A stretch of DNA of 63,727 nucleotides, counting the filler, from Phoronis australis (Eukaryota; Animalia; Phoronida): NCBI GenBank assembly GCA_002633005.1. It is 10 parts of 10 records of this genome, joined end to end, with 100 filler letters (N's around TTAATTAATTAA, not from the genome) between each part and the next. Parts side by side here need not be neighbours in the genome. Positions count along the whole stretch, not along the records: positions 49,641 to 52,707 come from NMRA01003246.1; positions 52,808 to 55,048 come from NMRA01003776.1; positions 55,149 to 58,725 come from NMRA01002950.1; positions 58,826 to 61,414 come from NMRA01003582.1; positions 61,515 to 63,727 come from NMRA01003792.1; 5 more parts are not named here. One strand, written 5' to 3'. A program made the position numbers and the translations under genes. The notes under the pieces are model-generated. The model saw only the letters and a program-made list of their open reading frames with translations, searched no databases and was not told where the DNA came from. Shown piece after piece: positions 51,458 to 63,727 of the stretch; position 1 is the first letter of the stretch; every line of letters starts with the position of its first letter.

Positions 51458-51533
51458 CTAGTTCGGTAATTGATTCAGGATCATCTGAAGCCTTTTCCAG
51501 CTTAGTGAGGAAACATTTGATAGCTTTGAATGC
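51458..51533 (-). CDS. SCYL1: SCYL1 exon (AFKAIKCFLTKLEKASDDPESITEL), GC donor
   Basis: Matches SCYL1 AFKAIRSFLSKLE..S.DP. ctag acceptor and G|GCAAGT donor. Confidence 0.92.
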
Positions 51534-52201
51534 CTAGAAAGACAATATGAAAATGAACAGGACAAATAGAACACTCGCGATCTTTTAACCTGACAAGAAA
51601 AACAGGCAGTTTGTTGGATAATAGTAGACATAAATGCATTCAAATTCAACCACTTACATTCAGTATTAATGTGCACTAATGTATTATTATTCATGATTGG
51701 TAATTATCTATACATTTTATGCTAAAAATTCTCCACACCTAATAGTTTTGCTTTTATTTTCACTGCTGCCAGGATACTAAATGTAATCCTTACCAATCAA
51801 CCACACATTTGTCACATTTTAAAGTGTCACCATCTACCTTTCTCCAGGTATAATATTAAAATGAAATTCATACGTTATTTTGCAAACCTATGGTCACATA
51901 TTAAAATAAATGTCCAATGAGTAGCTCTTTCTAACACAGAGGATGTCTACAAGTGCCCTCAAATAATATTTGATAACAACTTTACAGTGCCTCAAAATAA
52001 TTATTACATGGAAAACCAAAAAGAAATCCTTCTGCTTGCCTAGAGATCAAAGCCAGGCTCAGACTGGGACTCCAATTCACAAAATGACACATGCTAAAAT
52101 TTAAGTGACACATGACCACACAGAAATGAGATTATCATTAGTTTCTGGTATTCACTCCTTCTTTACTTTGAAAACATCGTCTACATTTCACAGTATCTCA
52201 C

Positions 52202-52453
52202 CTGGTCCCTGACTGTTTTTTCTGGATCAAGAGTCATCGAGCACAGAGTAGGAAGGAGTCGGGACGCTGACTCTTTTAATGTAAAATAGTTATTGCACGC
52301 AGTCATGGCCAGAACTGCAGCTTGACGGGCTGGAGGAAATGGATCTTTTACACCACGCATAAATGCTGAGGGGAGAACTCGCTGGCGAATTTGAGGGTCC
52401 AAGTAGCCACCAATTTTTCCCAAGCACACTGTAGTATTGGTCCGAATACCTCC
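52202..52453 (-). CDS. SCYL1: SCYL1 (N-terminal kinase-like protein) HEAT-repeat exon
   Basis: GGIRTNTTVCLGKIG.YL....R.RVL.SAF.R...DPFPPAR.A...DPEKTVRDQ matches SCYL1 from memory. ctcag acceptor, GTGAG donor, 84 codons. Confidence 0.95.
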
Positions 52454-53764
52454 CTGAGACAATCAGACAGAATGTGACAATCCAAATGCAGCCAAATCAC
52501 TACGCTGAATCAACTGTTATTAAATGATACAGTCTTACAATGCAAAAAATAAAGATGAACCACTAGTTATCAAAAACATAAGTGTCATTTCTATTAAGGC
52601 AGTAGCGCTCTTAAATTGTACTACAACGTGGGTTCCATTTGTATGTAAGAAGAGACATTTTTTCAAACTTAAAACAATATTAAGTTTATTCAAAGTCCAT
52701 TTAGTGANNNNNNNNNNNNNNNNNNNNNNNNNNNNNNNNNNNNNNNNNNNNTTAATTAATTAANNNNNNNNNNNNNNNNNNNNNNNNNNNNNNNNNNNNN
52801 NNNNNNNTTCAATTAGACAGCTTTTAGGAAAAATCAGGAAGTTTTCTATCTGACTAACACTTGTATGTAGGAGGTGAGATAGCGGGTGACAGATCCAGTT
52901 TGTGATGAAAGCACCTAAACAGGATTGTATACTTTGTTGAAGATAGTAAACAAATGAAGCTAACGTTAAAAGTTTAATATCAACAACATACCATGGTACA
53001 TGTATTTAAGTGCATCAATCACATCAATTGAAAGGTTTTCGCTGTGCTTCCGCAAGAGCAAATGACTGCATGATTTATTAAATGATCTTGTTTATATCTT
53101 AAGACTACCTGCACATACTGAAAGCATGACTACACTATCCTACAACAGACTACTAACTTAAAAATAAGAATTCCTTTTAAAGTTAAAAGCTAAACTTATC
53201 AGTCATGATGGACTGCTTTAATCAATAATGTCTTGTATGATCTCCATAAACTACAAAGTTACACTAAAAACCCAATGGCTATAACCCAGTTTCGCGTGAT
53301 TGCAAAACGAGAAATGAACTGTAGACAAAAATTGTTAATTCTGATGGAAAAAGTAGTCTGTGTGGCATCTTAAGGCATCTTTTTCTTCTTCCTGCAACAG
53401 AAAATTGAACCATAACGTAAAGACCTTCTTGTGCTTCACATACTATATATAGTTAAAAAACACAAACATTGAATGAAACTCATTATACTGCATGAATTTA
53501 AAGAATTTTGTGCTTGGTTTGCAAATGATTAGGACTGTCTGATATTCTTGAATTTACTATGAGTTTAGGATGGTTTTCACAAGCTTCCAATGTGATAAGC
53601 AACTTTTGGGTCACTCATGATTCAAATTAACTGTCCTTTGAGTACGAAAAAAGGTATACATTTTCTGAATCCTTGAGTGAACACTTAGAATACTAAAATC
53701 TTGCTCCTGATCATAAGATTGAGACTTTTGTGTTAAAGTTGCTTTTTCTCCAAGCACGAATTTC

Positions 53765-55048
53765 TGAACAAGAGCAACGCAGAGCGTTGAAATGCGCCCA
53801 CGAATGCATCGCTAACGATGTGCTTCTAGGGGTGTTTACTTCGAACATAAAAATAGCAACTAGATGGCGCAAAATATGTCAATTCCATCTAAGAACTTGC
53901 ATGTATCATCAAAACTATCTACCAAATTTCATAAAAATCCGTCAAGGAACTTCTGAGAAAACAGGAAAATGAAACAAGAGCAACGCAGAGCGTTGAAATG
54001 CGCCCACAATTACACCGCATACGGTATCCTTCTAGGGTTGTTTATTGGTACCATGAAGTGGCCAGTAGAGGGCATATATGTAGTATGTTGTACTTAGTAA
54101 AATGGAAAGGCATGGTCATTGTCTCCTCAATAGGCTAGGGGTAAAATGTGAGTAATCTTCATAATACAAGCACATCCTATACACCAGTTAAAAGGCATGG
54201 TCATTGTCTCCTCAATAGGCTAGGGACAAAATGTGAGTGATCTTCATAATACAAGCACATCCTATAAATCAGTTGCTTAAAGCACCACAGAAACATAGAA
54301 TTAAAAACAAATTTACTAACATACGAGATTAGCACAGCATTAGAATGCCAGAAACAAATTTCTACTTGGAACTTTTCCTTCATAGTCACGAAGTAACACA
54401 AAGTATACACCTGAAGACCTATGAAAATACAGAGGTCAATGTAAAATACTAAAATAGCCACTAGAGGCATACCGGTAGTCAGAATCACCCTAAAGTCGTC
54501 ATCGTCCGTTGTCAACATCACATAAATACACTTGCAAAATTTAGTAAAGATCCTGCAAACGGTTTGGGAGATACAGCCATGGGCGCTAAAAAAACTGCCA
54601 CTAGGAGGCGCCACAGTAATCAAAGTCATGGGAAATTCAGCGTCAACCGTCCTCTTCATAGTAAGAACATACATGCCAATTTTCACAATCATACTTAGAG
54701 TGGTTTGGTTGATAGAGGGGTGAACGCCAAAAAACAGACTCAAAAACAGTAAAAATTGCCACTGGGTGTCGCAAACTAGGTCGAATCCATCCGAACACGG
54801 GAGCATAGCGTCATCACACTAATAGGTGCCTATATACCAAATTTCATAAAAATCCGTTAAGGACTTGCGAAGATACAGAGCTAAACGTAAAAAAATAAAA
54901 TTGCCACTAGGGGGCACACTGGTAGGTGGATCCGTGCAAAAGTCATCATCGTCTGCTTTTAACATCATATAAATATACTTATTAAATTTCGTAAAGATCC
55001 TGTGAACGGTTTAGGAGATACAGCCATAGGCGCAAAAAAAAAAAAAAC
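53765..55048. mobile_element. Non-autonomous repeat with duplicated head and internal subrepeats
   Basis: AACAAGAGCAACGCAGAGCGTTGAAATGCGCCCAC occurs at about 53767 and 53973. [G]CCACTAG[A/G]GGGC and CCAAATTTCATAAAAATCCGT modules recur, and there is an about 90-bp duplication at 54107-54270. Confidence 0.6.
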
Positions 55049-55619
55049 NNNNNNNNNNNNNNNNNNNNNNNNNNNNNNNNNNNNNNNNNNNNTTAATTAA
55101 TTAANNNNNNNNNNNNNNNNNNNNNNNNNNNNNNNNNNNNNNNNNNNNCGCCTAGTTTAAACAACCTCGATTCGATCTGAATATTGAAACAGAGTTGACT
55201 GCTGACTAACAGGACCATCGAGTCTGGACGTGAACAAGGATAGCTTTTCTCTCTGTTTTTTGCAATTAAGAGAGTCAATTCGGCAAGTTTGAAAGCCAAA
55301 AGCAGAAAAAAACAACTTGACCAAATCAAATCAAAGACCTACCAACGTTATCAATGTCGTTCCCCGCAGAGTCTAATCGTATCGTCTGCTCTTCAGTGTG
55401 TGGCAGATTCAAGTTTTTTGGAAGAGTGCAAGGAACCCACAGATATGTAATTTCCTCAGTAAAAAGTGTTTGAAAAACAAACTGCTGTCAAAAAGTATTT
55501 CAACATTTCATGTAGTATATTGTAACTGAGTATACAACAGAAAACAAATAATAAAAATGTGAAACTAGAAAGATCATTGTCACGGCGTATTATTGGAATT
55601 ATTATGGGAAGTTACTGAC

Positions 55620-56705
55620 AGCAACCCGTTTACCTATATGGAAAGGAAATCTTTAAAATTGTAGGAGAAATTAAATATTAATTTTTTGATGACCTTTCCA
55701 CTAATTGACCTCTTCCGATGCATTATGAGCCCCGATGAGGGAGTAATTGTTAACTCGATTAAAAGTGTGGTTCATGCTAAAAATCACAGATGTTTTACGT
55801 TAAGCACTTCAGAATAAAAGATAAATGAATTAGAAGAAAAATGCACCTAATGACCCCATAGGTGCACAAAATGACCTGCAAATTTAGAATTCAAATTCAT
55901 TGGCACTTAGTAAACAGATAATGAAGTCTCTAGCTTAAAATTTTAGTTTGCACTCAATGACCTTGACCTATTTTTTGATTGGTTAGGCCTATTGCAAAGT
56001 AAAATAGGGTATTCAATTGACATGTTGACTTACACCAGTGTGCTGAAATTGAAAAGAAAAACGTAAGAGATATAACATTTTGAACGTTACATGACCTTTG
56101 CACTAATTGATCCTATCCGGTGAATTAAAGCGTCTTTAGGAGAATTATTGCAAAGCCCATGAAAATGTGTTTAATGCTGAGAATCACAGTTGTCTAACGG
56201 TTGACACATCAGAATACTTGCTGATTGAAAAGGTCAAATTTTCAGAAGAAAAATGCACCTAATGACACCATGTTTACACTAAATAACCTGAAACTTTGGA
56301 TTCCAAATTGAATTACCTATTCAAATCAGACCTGTCAATTTGAAGTGTCTAGCTCAAAATTTTAGTTTGCACCTAATAACCTTTGACCTATTTCACCTGA
56401 TTGGATGACCCGATTACTTAGAAAAGTAATTTTTTAAATTGCCTTCTTGACTGATACTTATGCACTGAAAAAGAAAAGCTTTACAAATGAAGAAGGAGTA
56501 GCATTTTGAAAATTACACGACCTTTGCACCACATGACCTCTTCCGGTGCAATATGGAATATGATTATGTAACGAATCAAAATTTATGTACTGCCAAAAAT
56601 CACAGGCAGAATTTAAAGAATATACCTGCACCCATTTTGGAGTTATTTAGCCTCAAAGTTGGTCGGAAGAAGAATAAGAAGAAATAAGAGTAAGAATAAG
56701 AATTG
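55620..56705. repeat. Repeat element with about 430-bp diverged internal duplications and a GAAGAA-rich tail
   Basis: AGAAGAAAAATGCACCTAATGAC at about 55832 and 56244; TCTAGCT.AAAATTTTAGTTTGCAC twice; TGACCTTTGCAC.A repeated. Confidence 0.65.
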
Positions 56706-57159
56706 TTGGTGAAGATGAAATTCTCACAAGTCCAAGAATGACCTTGTTCGACTTCCTCCGTGACAGTCTGCACTGAAACCTCTCATCCAACGAGTAAATC
56801 ACCGAATCACCTTGTACCAGCGTGCTTGCGAACCCATAATTGAGCAGTCACGACAAAGGATATGGGTGGTGCAGACTGACGGAAGAGTGTTACAAGCTGT
56901 GTGATCGTATGGTCCTATCTTACCAAATTTACTGATTGACAGTGACAACAACACATAATGGTTGTCCATATTTCTGCAAACCATTTCCCAACGTTTTTTT
57001 CTTGAGATGTTTAAGACATTTACGGAAATTCGGCTTTTTATGTAGCTGATTATATAAACACCGAACGTTGCACATTTAGTGTTTATATTGGCTTATACCA
57101 GAATATTAGCGTCAAATGGCAGATACAACCCATAAAGTTATCTCACTAGTGAGATAACG

Positions 57160-57243
57160 ATTTGGCGGGAAACCGAGGACGGAGTCGAACCCGGGACCTT
57201 GAAATTGCTGGTCGCCGACTTTACCACTAAACCATGCAGCGTC
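57160..57243 (-). mobile_element. tRNA-like SINE head or tRNA pseudogene
   Basis: A box TGGTTTAGTGG (57234-57224) and B box GGTTCGACTCC (57191-57181). Anticodon and T stems pair poorly. Confidence 0.6.
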
Positions 57244-60200
57244 TGACGTCAGGAAGCGTGAAAATAGAATACTTAAATGAAAACGCGCAATAATCACACG
57301 TTCAACAAATCGCACTGTACTGTACTTACACGCTACGAAAAATAAGACACATTTCCACAAAAATGATATCTTAATTCAGTGAAAATTTTCTCTCATGTCC
57401 TCTTACTTGTATATCACCGATCTACAGTTTGAATGCGGTACGTGCTTGTGTATTTATAGCCTAATGCATTGTTCTGGAACTTTTCATCAATTCAAGCACG
57501 TTCTAGAACTTTCCTGAATCTACCCAACCATTCTACAAACACATACTAGTCTCTAGAATATTCCAGACTGCATTTATCACTGTCATGCTAGAGTCTTCTA
57601 GAAAGTTACACACTACACTGCAGTAAACAAATTACGGTTTGATACTCTGTTTGGTTTCACTCACATAGAGTTCAAACACTCCCCACATTCCATGTTATGA
57701 GCCTAACTGCCGGTTTCTGATCGTTTGTCTTAATTATGGTCACGTTTTTGTCTCAACATAACTACAAGTTGAAAAGTCTGTGTGAAGTTCTTACAAAGCA
57801 AGATGATCAGCACAGATCATGATTTTTCCTTGCCCGTTGGAAAATATTTGCTGAACAGCCGTCATGCCGACCCGGAACCGGACCACACATGCCACTCTCT
57901 AATGGAATTCCTACTGCAGTCGTTTTCTTGGTGAGAAATTGGCAACAAATTGCGCAGACCATCATCAAATATCATAGCGCTCATTTACCTTACGTTTGAA
58001 AAGACGTAAGGTTTCATTTTCCTTTGTACAATTAAATTAATGATACCGAACATAAAAACAGTGAAATGGAGCACGTTAATATTCAAGGCCATCGCATATG
58101 CTGCACTGGCCTGGTAAAAATTTGTAGAAGATTTGGGTATCTTTTCAACACGTCACTGACAAACTTGTGTGGCATGTTTTGCGACGGTTCAGTAAGTCTC
58201 TACAATTACGGAGTGGCTATTTTTGCCAATGATTCTTCCGGTTGAGACCGGCGTATCCACTGTTAATCTTACTTCTCGATGCGTAAATATTTCAAAAATG
58301 TATTAAAAGTGGATTTTGTCAACATAGAGATCAATACATATTTTGGTTCCTATCTTGATTCACACAACGGAGGATTGAGACAGAATCCGAGATATTCACT
58401 GTGGTTTTATTTGAGTGTTATATTGTGGATGAACGAGCTCAAATGCGCTGAAAATTGAGTTGGATTGCTGCTATCGTAATCTCACAAAAGTCAACTACTT
58501 ATGATCAATCAAGTGCTTAGATTCTAAATAGATGCCCATATTGAATTTCACTCTCCCGCCGGAAAGCGGCAAACATGTTTAATTCTTAAACGTCATTGGT
58601 GGACTGGTGTTGAGCGCAGCGTGCAGATCACACGTAAAGCAGTATTTGAATAGAGAATTAACGCATCTCCTGCTTTCATAATGCCGACAATTTTCCCTAA
58701 TATGCAGACGGTATTATTAATAACTNNNNNNNNNNNNNNNNNNNNNNNNNNNNNNNNNNNNNNNNNNNNTTAATTAATTAANNNNNNNNNNNNNNNNNNN
58801 NNNNNNNNNNNNNNNNNNNNNNNNNACCATTCAAAGCCGATCAGAAAATCATCAAAAGAATCATTGGTTTGGAAGGCGATATAATTAGGTAAATTAGTCA
58901 ATGTCATTGTCGACTTTCATTAATTTTTTTAAAAACACAATATTCGCATAGATTTGTGAACTTATATAACTGCTACTCATATCACTTCTTTAAAAGGATA
59001 TTATTGTTTTTATGGCCAAAAAGACGCATATTGAAAATTATCGTTGGATGGGAGTATAGACTTGAAGTTATTAGCTTTGACCATTGATAGAGAATTTGTT
59101 GACAATGTGTTCTTGTGATTTTGTCACAAATCGCCAATTCTCACCGTTGTCTGCCATACATTGCATGAAATCAAGGCCGATGTCTTAACCAGTTCAATCC
59201 GCTTAAAATTCGATGCTATTTTATTGTGTGAGTTTTGGATAAGTGGCAGAGCATTTTACTGCTATTGCAGAGTTAGTGGGTTTGTTTCAGCGCTACTTCT
59301 AATTTCTGCAAATTTAGTTTTCTCACAGAATTTCGCCAAATACACCAGTTGTCTGGGAGGACTTCAGTTGATTTCAATTACGTGGCTATCTTTATAGACC
59401 ATTTTCACGTCTTTTTTGACTTAGGATGCTTTTAATAGCTCTTAACATTGATTTGTCTTCAGTGGGCTGGTCAATTTGCATGAAATTTTCGCAAATGCTT
59501 TCAAACTGTAGAATATCTTATCAAACCCCTTGAACTTGAAAAAAGATTCATTGTCATTAATTTAATATTTTATTCTAGTTTGGAGTTGGTGATTTGATTT
59601 GAATTACTATAATATCTTATATAAATCGGTAAATAAAACAACAAGAATGGATCAACTGAAATTTTACTTTATTTCTGTTTTTGTTGATAAAGGAAGTTGT
59701 TACCTCCGAAAATTTCAAATTTCAGTTGATCCATTCTTGTTGTTTTATTTACCTATTTATATTCTACATTTCACGAAACAATAGTGTCCTTGGGAGGATC
59801 TGGATCGCCTTATTTAGTTTCAGATTTATTTTCTACGTATAATATCTTACCAATTTACTACATAGTATGGCCAACAGCTGTTTTAATTGTTTTAATTGTT
59901 CATTTTTTCAATCTAATATACAGCACAAAATTGACACTTTATAACATCCAAGTTTCATATCATACCCCCTATCATACAAAATTTTGAAAACTTCTGGACT
60001 CTTGCAAACAAACAAAACCCTGAAGTGTGATAAAGGAGCAATTTTGGCATTTATTTTTATGAAATTGGTGAGATTTTACTAGAGTTCTCGCTTCTTGTAC
60101 AGCACAGAAAAACATAACCAACTCCTATTAAATTTTTCAAGGCTGTATAATTCTTGGTATCGACGTTATTAGAATTGATGCCAAGCAAAATGTAAACGGT

Positions 60201-62119
60201 AAACCATTAATCGTTAATAGGCTGTCATGTATATATATAAATCTAATAAACCCACCTGTTGTAAATATGCAGGTAGTTGAATAGTCTAAAGCCACTAGGT
60301 GTTTACATTGCCTGTTATGCAATAGGTGGGCAGGATAGGGGTCTTATGATTGTTGGCCTCACAAAGACTTACATAAACTCACACAGGTATGTGTAACATC
60401 CACTGTTTATAAACTGTGCTGGCTCTGGGTGTCTTTGCGAATAATCCCAGACCAGAAAAGGGCTAAATGGAATTCAGTTGCCTTAGTTGGCGATTGCTAC
60501 CTAGATATTCCCCAAAATCACACTACATAGTCTTATTTTTGGTTTAATTAGTTTCACACACATGACTGATTCTCCAGTGTAAAGATTCACACCATTTGGT
60601 TTGAGATTTTGGGTAGAACCTTTTGATTTGGATTTTAATGCAGTAAGTTAGTGCTCCAAATCGTGCATGATAATATTGGATGGAATGGAGTTGATTGATT
60701 TGTTTAACGGAAAAATTCACTGGCATGTATCGGATTTACATGACTTGGAAAGTTGCAAGTTTGGGTTGACCTAACGGCCTCCCGTCCACTTATTTCCGAC
60801 ACAAAGTATTTGACAAAATGGCATTTTTTTTTCATTTTTTCAATGGCTGATCACCTTTTTGCAAATAATGTAAACTTCAGCAAATGTTGTTTTATGACCT
60901 TTACACATTGCAAACCACGCTTGTTATAGACTTAAGAGGATGTTCTTAACATTTAACGAAATATGATTTCACTAGTTGGCCATACTGTGTACTAAAGAAG
61001 TAAAGAGTTACCATATTAGTACTCATATATGTGATAATTTTATATTTTCCTTAACAATTTGCCACGGCTCATGCACTAGTTATATGTATGTAGCTTCTCA
61101 CCTCAATTTTATGGACCCGCAAACCTGGTCCACTGCAAGACTCGCACGTTCGTACTCGCACAAAAAAAAAACACGGCTTATGCACTCAAACAGTAGGCTA
61201 CAGCTCAACAACCAACACAAGTCGCAGACCAAAACCATGGAGCTGGCATATGGAAACACAGACACTTTGCTGCTCATCCACGAGTTTGTTTGTGGCTGCA
61301 AGTCTTTGAGGCGTACTTTTTGGTTGCATAAGTGCAGTGGTGTTTTATGAGTGCGGGCATGACTTTGTGAACCATCGATCTCAGTACAGGTCCGTGAATT
61401 GTGTTCACAAGTCCNNNNNNNNNNNNNNNNNNNNNNNNNNNNNNNNNNNNNNNNNNNNTTAATTAATTAANNNNNNNNNNNNNNNNNNNNNNNNNNNNNN
61501 NNNNNNNNNNNNNNACATGAATATCTACATTAAAACATAAATGCATACACAAATTTACGTATGTATAAATACAGCGGTTAACATGAACCGAACGGCACGA
61601 CTTGTACATAGCCCAGGACCTGAGACCGAGCCTCGGGGATTGCGGCGCCTGTAGGTGTTACATTGCGCTATCTAAAATTACGCAACCCGGCGTCGATAAT
61701 TGACCTTACTTGTTGATCCGAGGTTAGGTTTGGAAAACTGAAATTCGACAAGATGTCTAAATACGACTGTAAAACAGATACCAGCGTCATTCATCATTTA
61801 ATCTCACAAAAAGAACTTTATGTTTATTATCTTATCCAGGTTAATGTCTGCCAAAATAAAAAACAAAATAAGAAAGGTGCTGTTTCTTAACAAGCTGCTG
61901 TTTTACTCTATTATATTGATTGCAATGCAAATTCTACAGAATAAAGAATAAATAGTCATGATCTTACCTTTCAGCTACAACTTCAAAACGTCCAATGGCG
62001 CAAAGCCGCAGCATGCAGTTTTTGTCTCATCCCAAAATAAAAATACCATAATGCAGGTTCGGGGATCAGTCAGATTGAGACTCCGTGACGTCATTCGTTT
62101 TCAAGTAGCGCCCTCTGTT

Positions 62120-62400
62120 CATTTGCCGTGCTTGTCTTGTTCGTTTAACAAATGACTTGTCTGTTCGACAAGTTGAGCCTACCAGGTTACTTGTCTGTTT
62201 GGTAACCTACTTAATCATTTGCCAACTTACTTGTTCGTTCAACAGTAGGCACTTGTTTATCCGACAGAATCCGCAAAGTTGTCTTGTCTGTTTGGAAAAC
62301 CATAGCATTCTTGACCTGTTTATTTGACGAATCACTTGTCTGTTTAGCAAACCACTTGTCTGTTTGTCAAACCACTTGTTTATTTGACAGTGTTGTCTAT
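62120..62400. repeat. Degenerate ACTTGTCTGTT-based tandem array
   Basis: The motif recurs about ten times with variable spacing. Confidence 0.65.
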
Positions 62401-62788
62401 TTTGAACCTTTTCGCTGCCCATACAACGGAACACAATTGGCAAATTCAATTTAATTTATTCATTTGTTTATTTAACTAGCAAAATAATGACAACGTAATA
62501 GAATTGTTTTTCGTCCAACTAATAAAACGTTCTACTAAATAAATACTTACACTGGGATGACACTGGTAAACTGCATGGTGGTGCAAACCACCAGTAACAC
62601 AGTCAAGAACTTAAGGTAGTTCATTTTTTCTGTAAACAAGATGTCATCAAGATAAAATGCATCATCAGTACGGCCTGGTAACATTATTATATTTATTGCC
62701 CTCGTAACGGCATATATAGACCGGCAGCTCAGAACACAGATGAACGACGTTACATCTGACCACAGGAGCACCAAAAGTACCACCATCA

Positions 62789-63242
62789 AGGTACCTAAAC
62801 TACACAGTCAACGGACTCATAAACACGGGGCACGGACGCATGAACACGACTCACGGACCTGCAAACATCGTTCACTGACTCTCAAACACGGGAACGGACT
62901 CACAAAACACGATCCACGCACCCAAATACACGGGATACGGACTCATATTCCCGAGGAAACACGGTTAACGGACCGCCAAACACGGGTTACGGACTCATCG
63001 GCTTCCTGGGTCACAGCTGGCAGCTGTCTCCATTTTGTCCGTGACCCGTGTTTGGCGGTCCGTTAACCATGTTTCCTCGGGAATATGAGTCCGTGTCCCG
63101 TGTATTTGGGTGCGTGGATCGTGTTTTGTGAGTCCGTTCCCGTGTTTGTGAGACAGTGGACGGTGTTTGCAGGTCCGTGAGTAGTATTCATGCGTCCGTG
63201 CCCCGTGTTTATGAGTCCGTTGACCGTGTAGTTTAGGTAACT
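62789..63242. mobile_element. Foldback MITE: about 205-bp inverted arms with an about 44-bp spacer
   Basis: Arm 62789-62993 is a near-perfect reverse complement of 63037-63242. Mirror ORFs 62740..63066(+) and 62995..63249(-) give nearly the same peptide. Confidence 0.9.
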
Positions 63243-63727
63243 TTACCATGTACGGTCATTAATGAACGTCTGACGGTGTCCGCGGTGTGACTTCTGTGGA
63301 CCTCACAGAGACCAAAAGTTGAGCTAGATTGGATATTCGAGATATCGGCAAAAATAAACGAATAATCGTGCAACATTCAACACCGAATGACCCATGACGA
63401 ACAAAAACATTCAGAAATTTTTCCAAGCCCGGCCGGCTGACATTTGCCAATCGACCAACTCCCGAACAACTAACCAAGGCAACTTGGCGGCCAGCAACAT
63501 TGCAACTGTAGGTGTGGGAGTCCTTCTAATCATGGACTTCCTGCAATTTACACTGAAAGATAATTATTACTCGTCCCTTTCAATTTAAACCAACACCCGC
63601 TTTAATTTCAGAAATATCTGAAAGCGCGCTCCGAGGTAGTTTTTTTCTGAAAATCGCTGATGGAAATAAAGGCAGTCTTTCGGAAACAATTTAGTTTTTG
63701 AACGCTAGGAATAACTGAATGAAATAT

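Noticed and set aside
54201-54806. 201-aa hydrophobic ORF
   Set aside because: Lies within a subrepeat-structured non-autonomous element; no domain or splice support.
56811-56973. Possible - strand exon (tttgcag...AAG|GTGATT)
   Set aside because: The peptide has no resemblance to SCYL1 or any recognised family, and no partner exons were found.
62740-63249. Two mirror ORFs encoding near-identical His/Thr-rich peptides
   Set aside because: A consequence of the inverted repeat arms, not a gene pair.

Overview
AT-rich, intron-rich metazoan genomic DNA, not prokaryotic. The repeat families and one protein domain suggest a lophotrochozoan such as a mollusc, but this is inference. The window is a draft scaffold: nine artificial 100-bp spacers (44 N + TTAATTAATTAA + 44 N) join ten contigs. 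Supported genes are: (1) two + strand exons (5-180, 554-717) of an uncharacterised invertebrate domain; (2) a + strand death-effector-domain (DED) gene (exons 13249-13360, 16206-16370, 17367-17412); (3) a multi-exon - strand C2H2 zinc-finger gene (34353 to at least 42967, probable first exon near 47268) with 8 visible fingers; (4) four internal - strand exons of SCYL1 (49716-52453). There are also two decayed coding regions: a zinc-finger-like one at about 8.1-11.67 kb and a possible Mab-21/cGAS-like one at about 21.9-24.06 kb. Repeats include a 5'-truncated LINE, two tRNA-derived SINE heads, several MITE/foldback elements and many minisatellites. No CRISPR array or clear-cut novel system is evident. 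The best leads are the short DED-only protein next to a possible cGAS-like-receptor pseudogene, a 5-bp-TSD MITE family and several palindromic structures.
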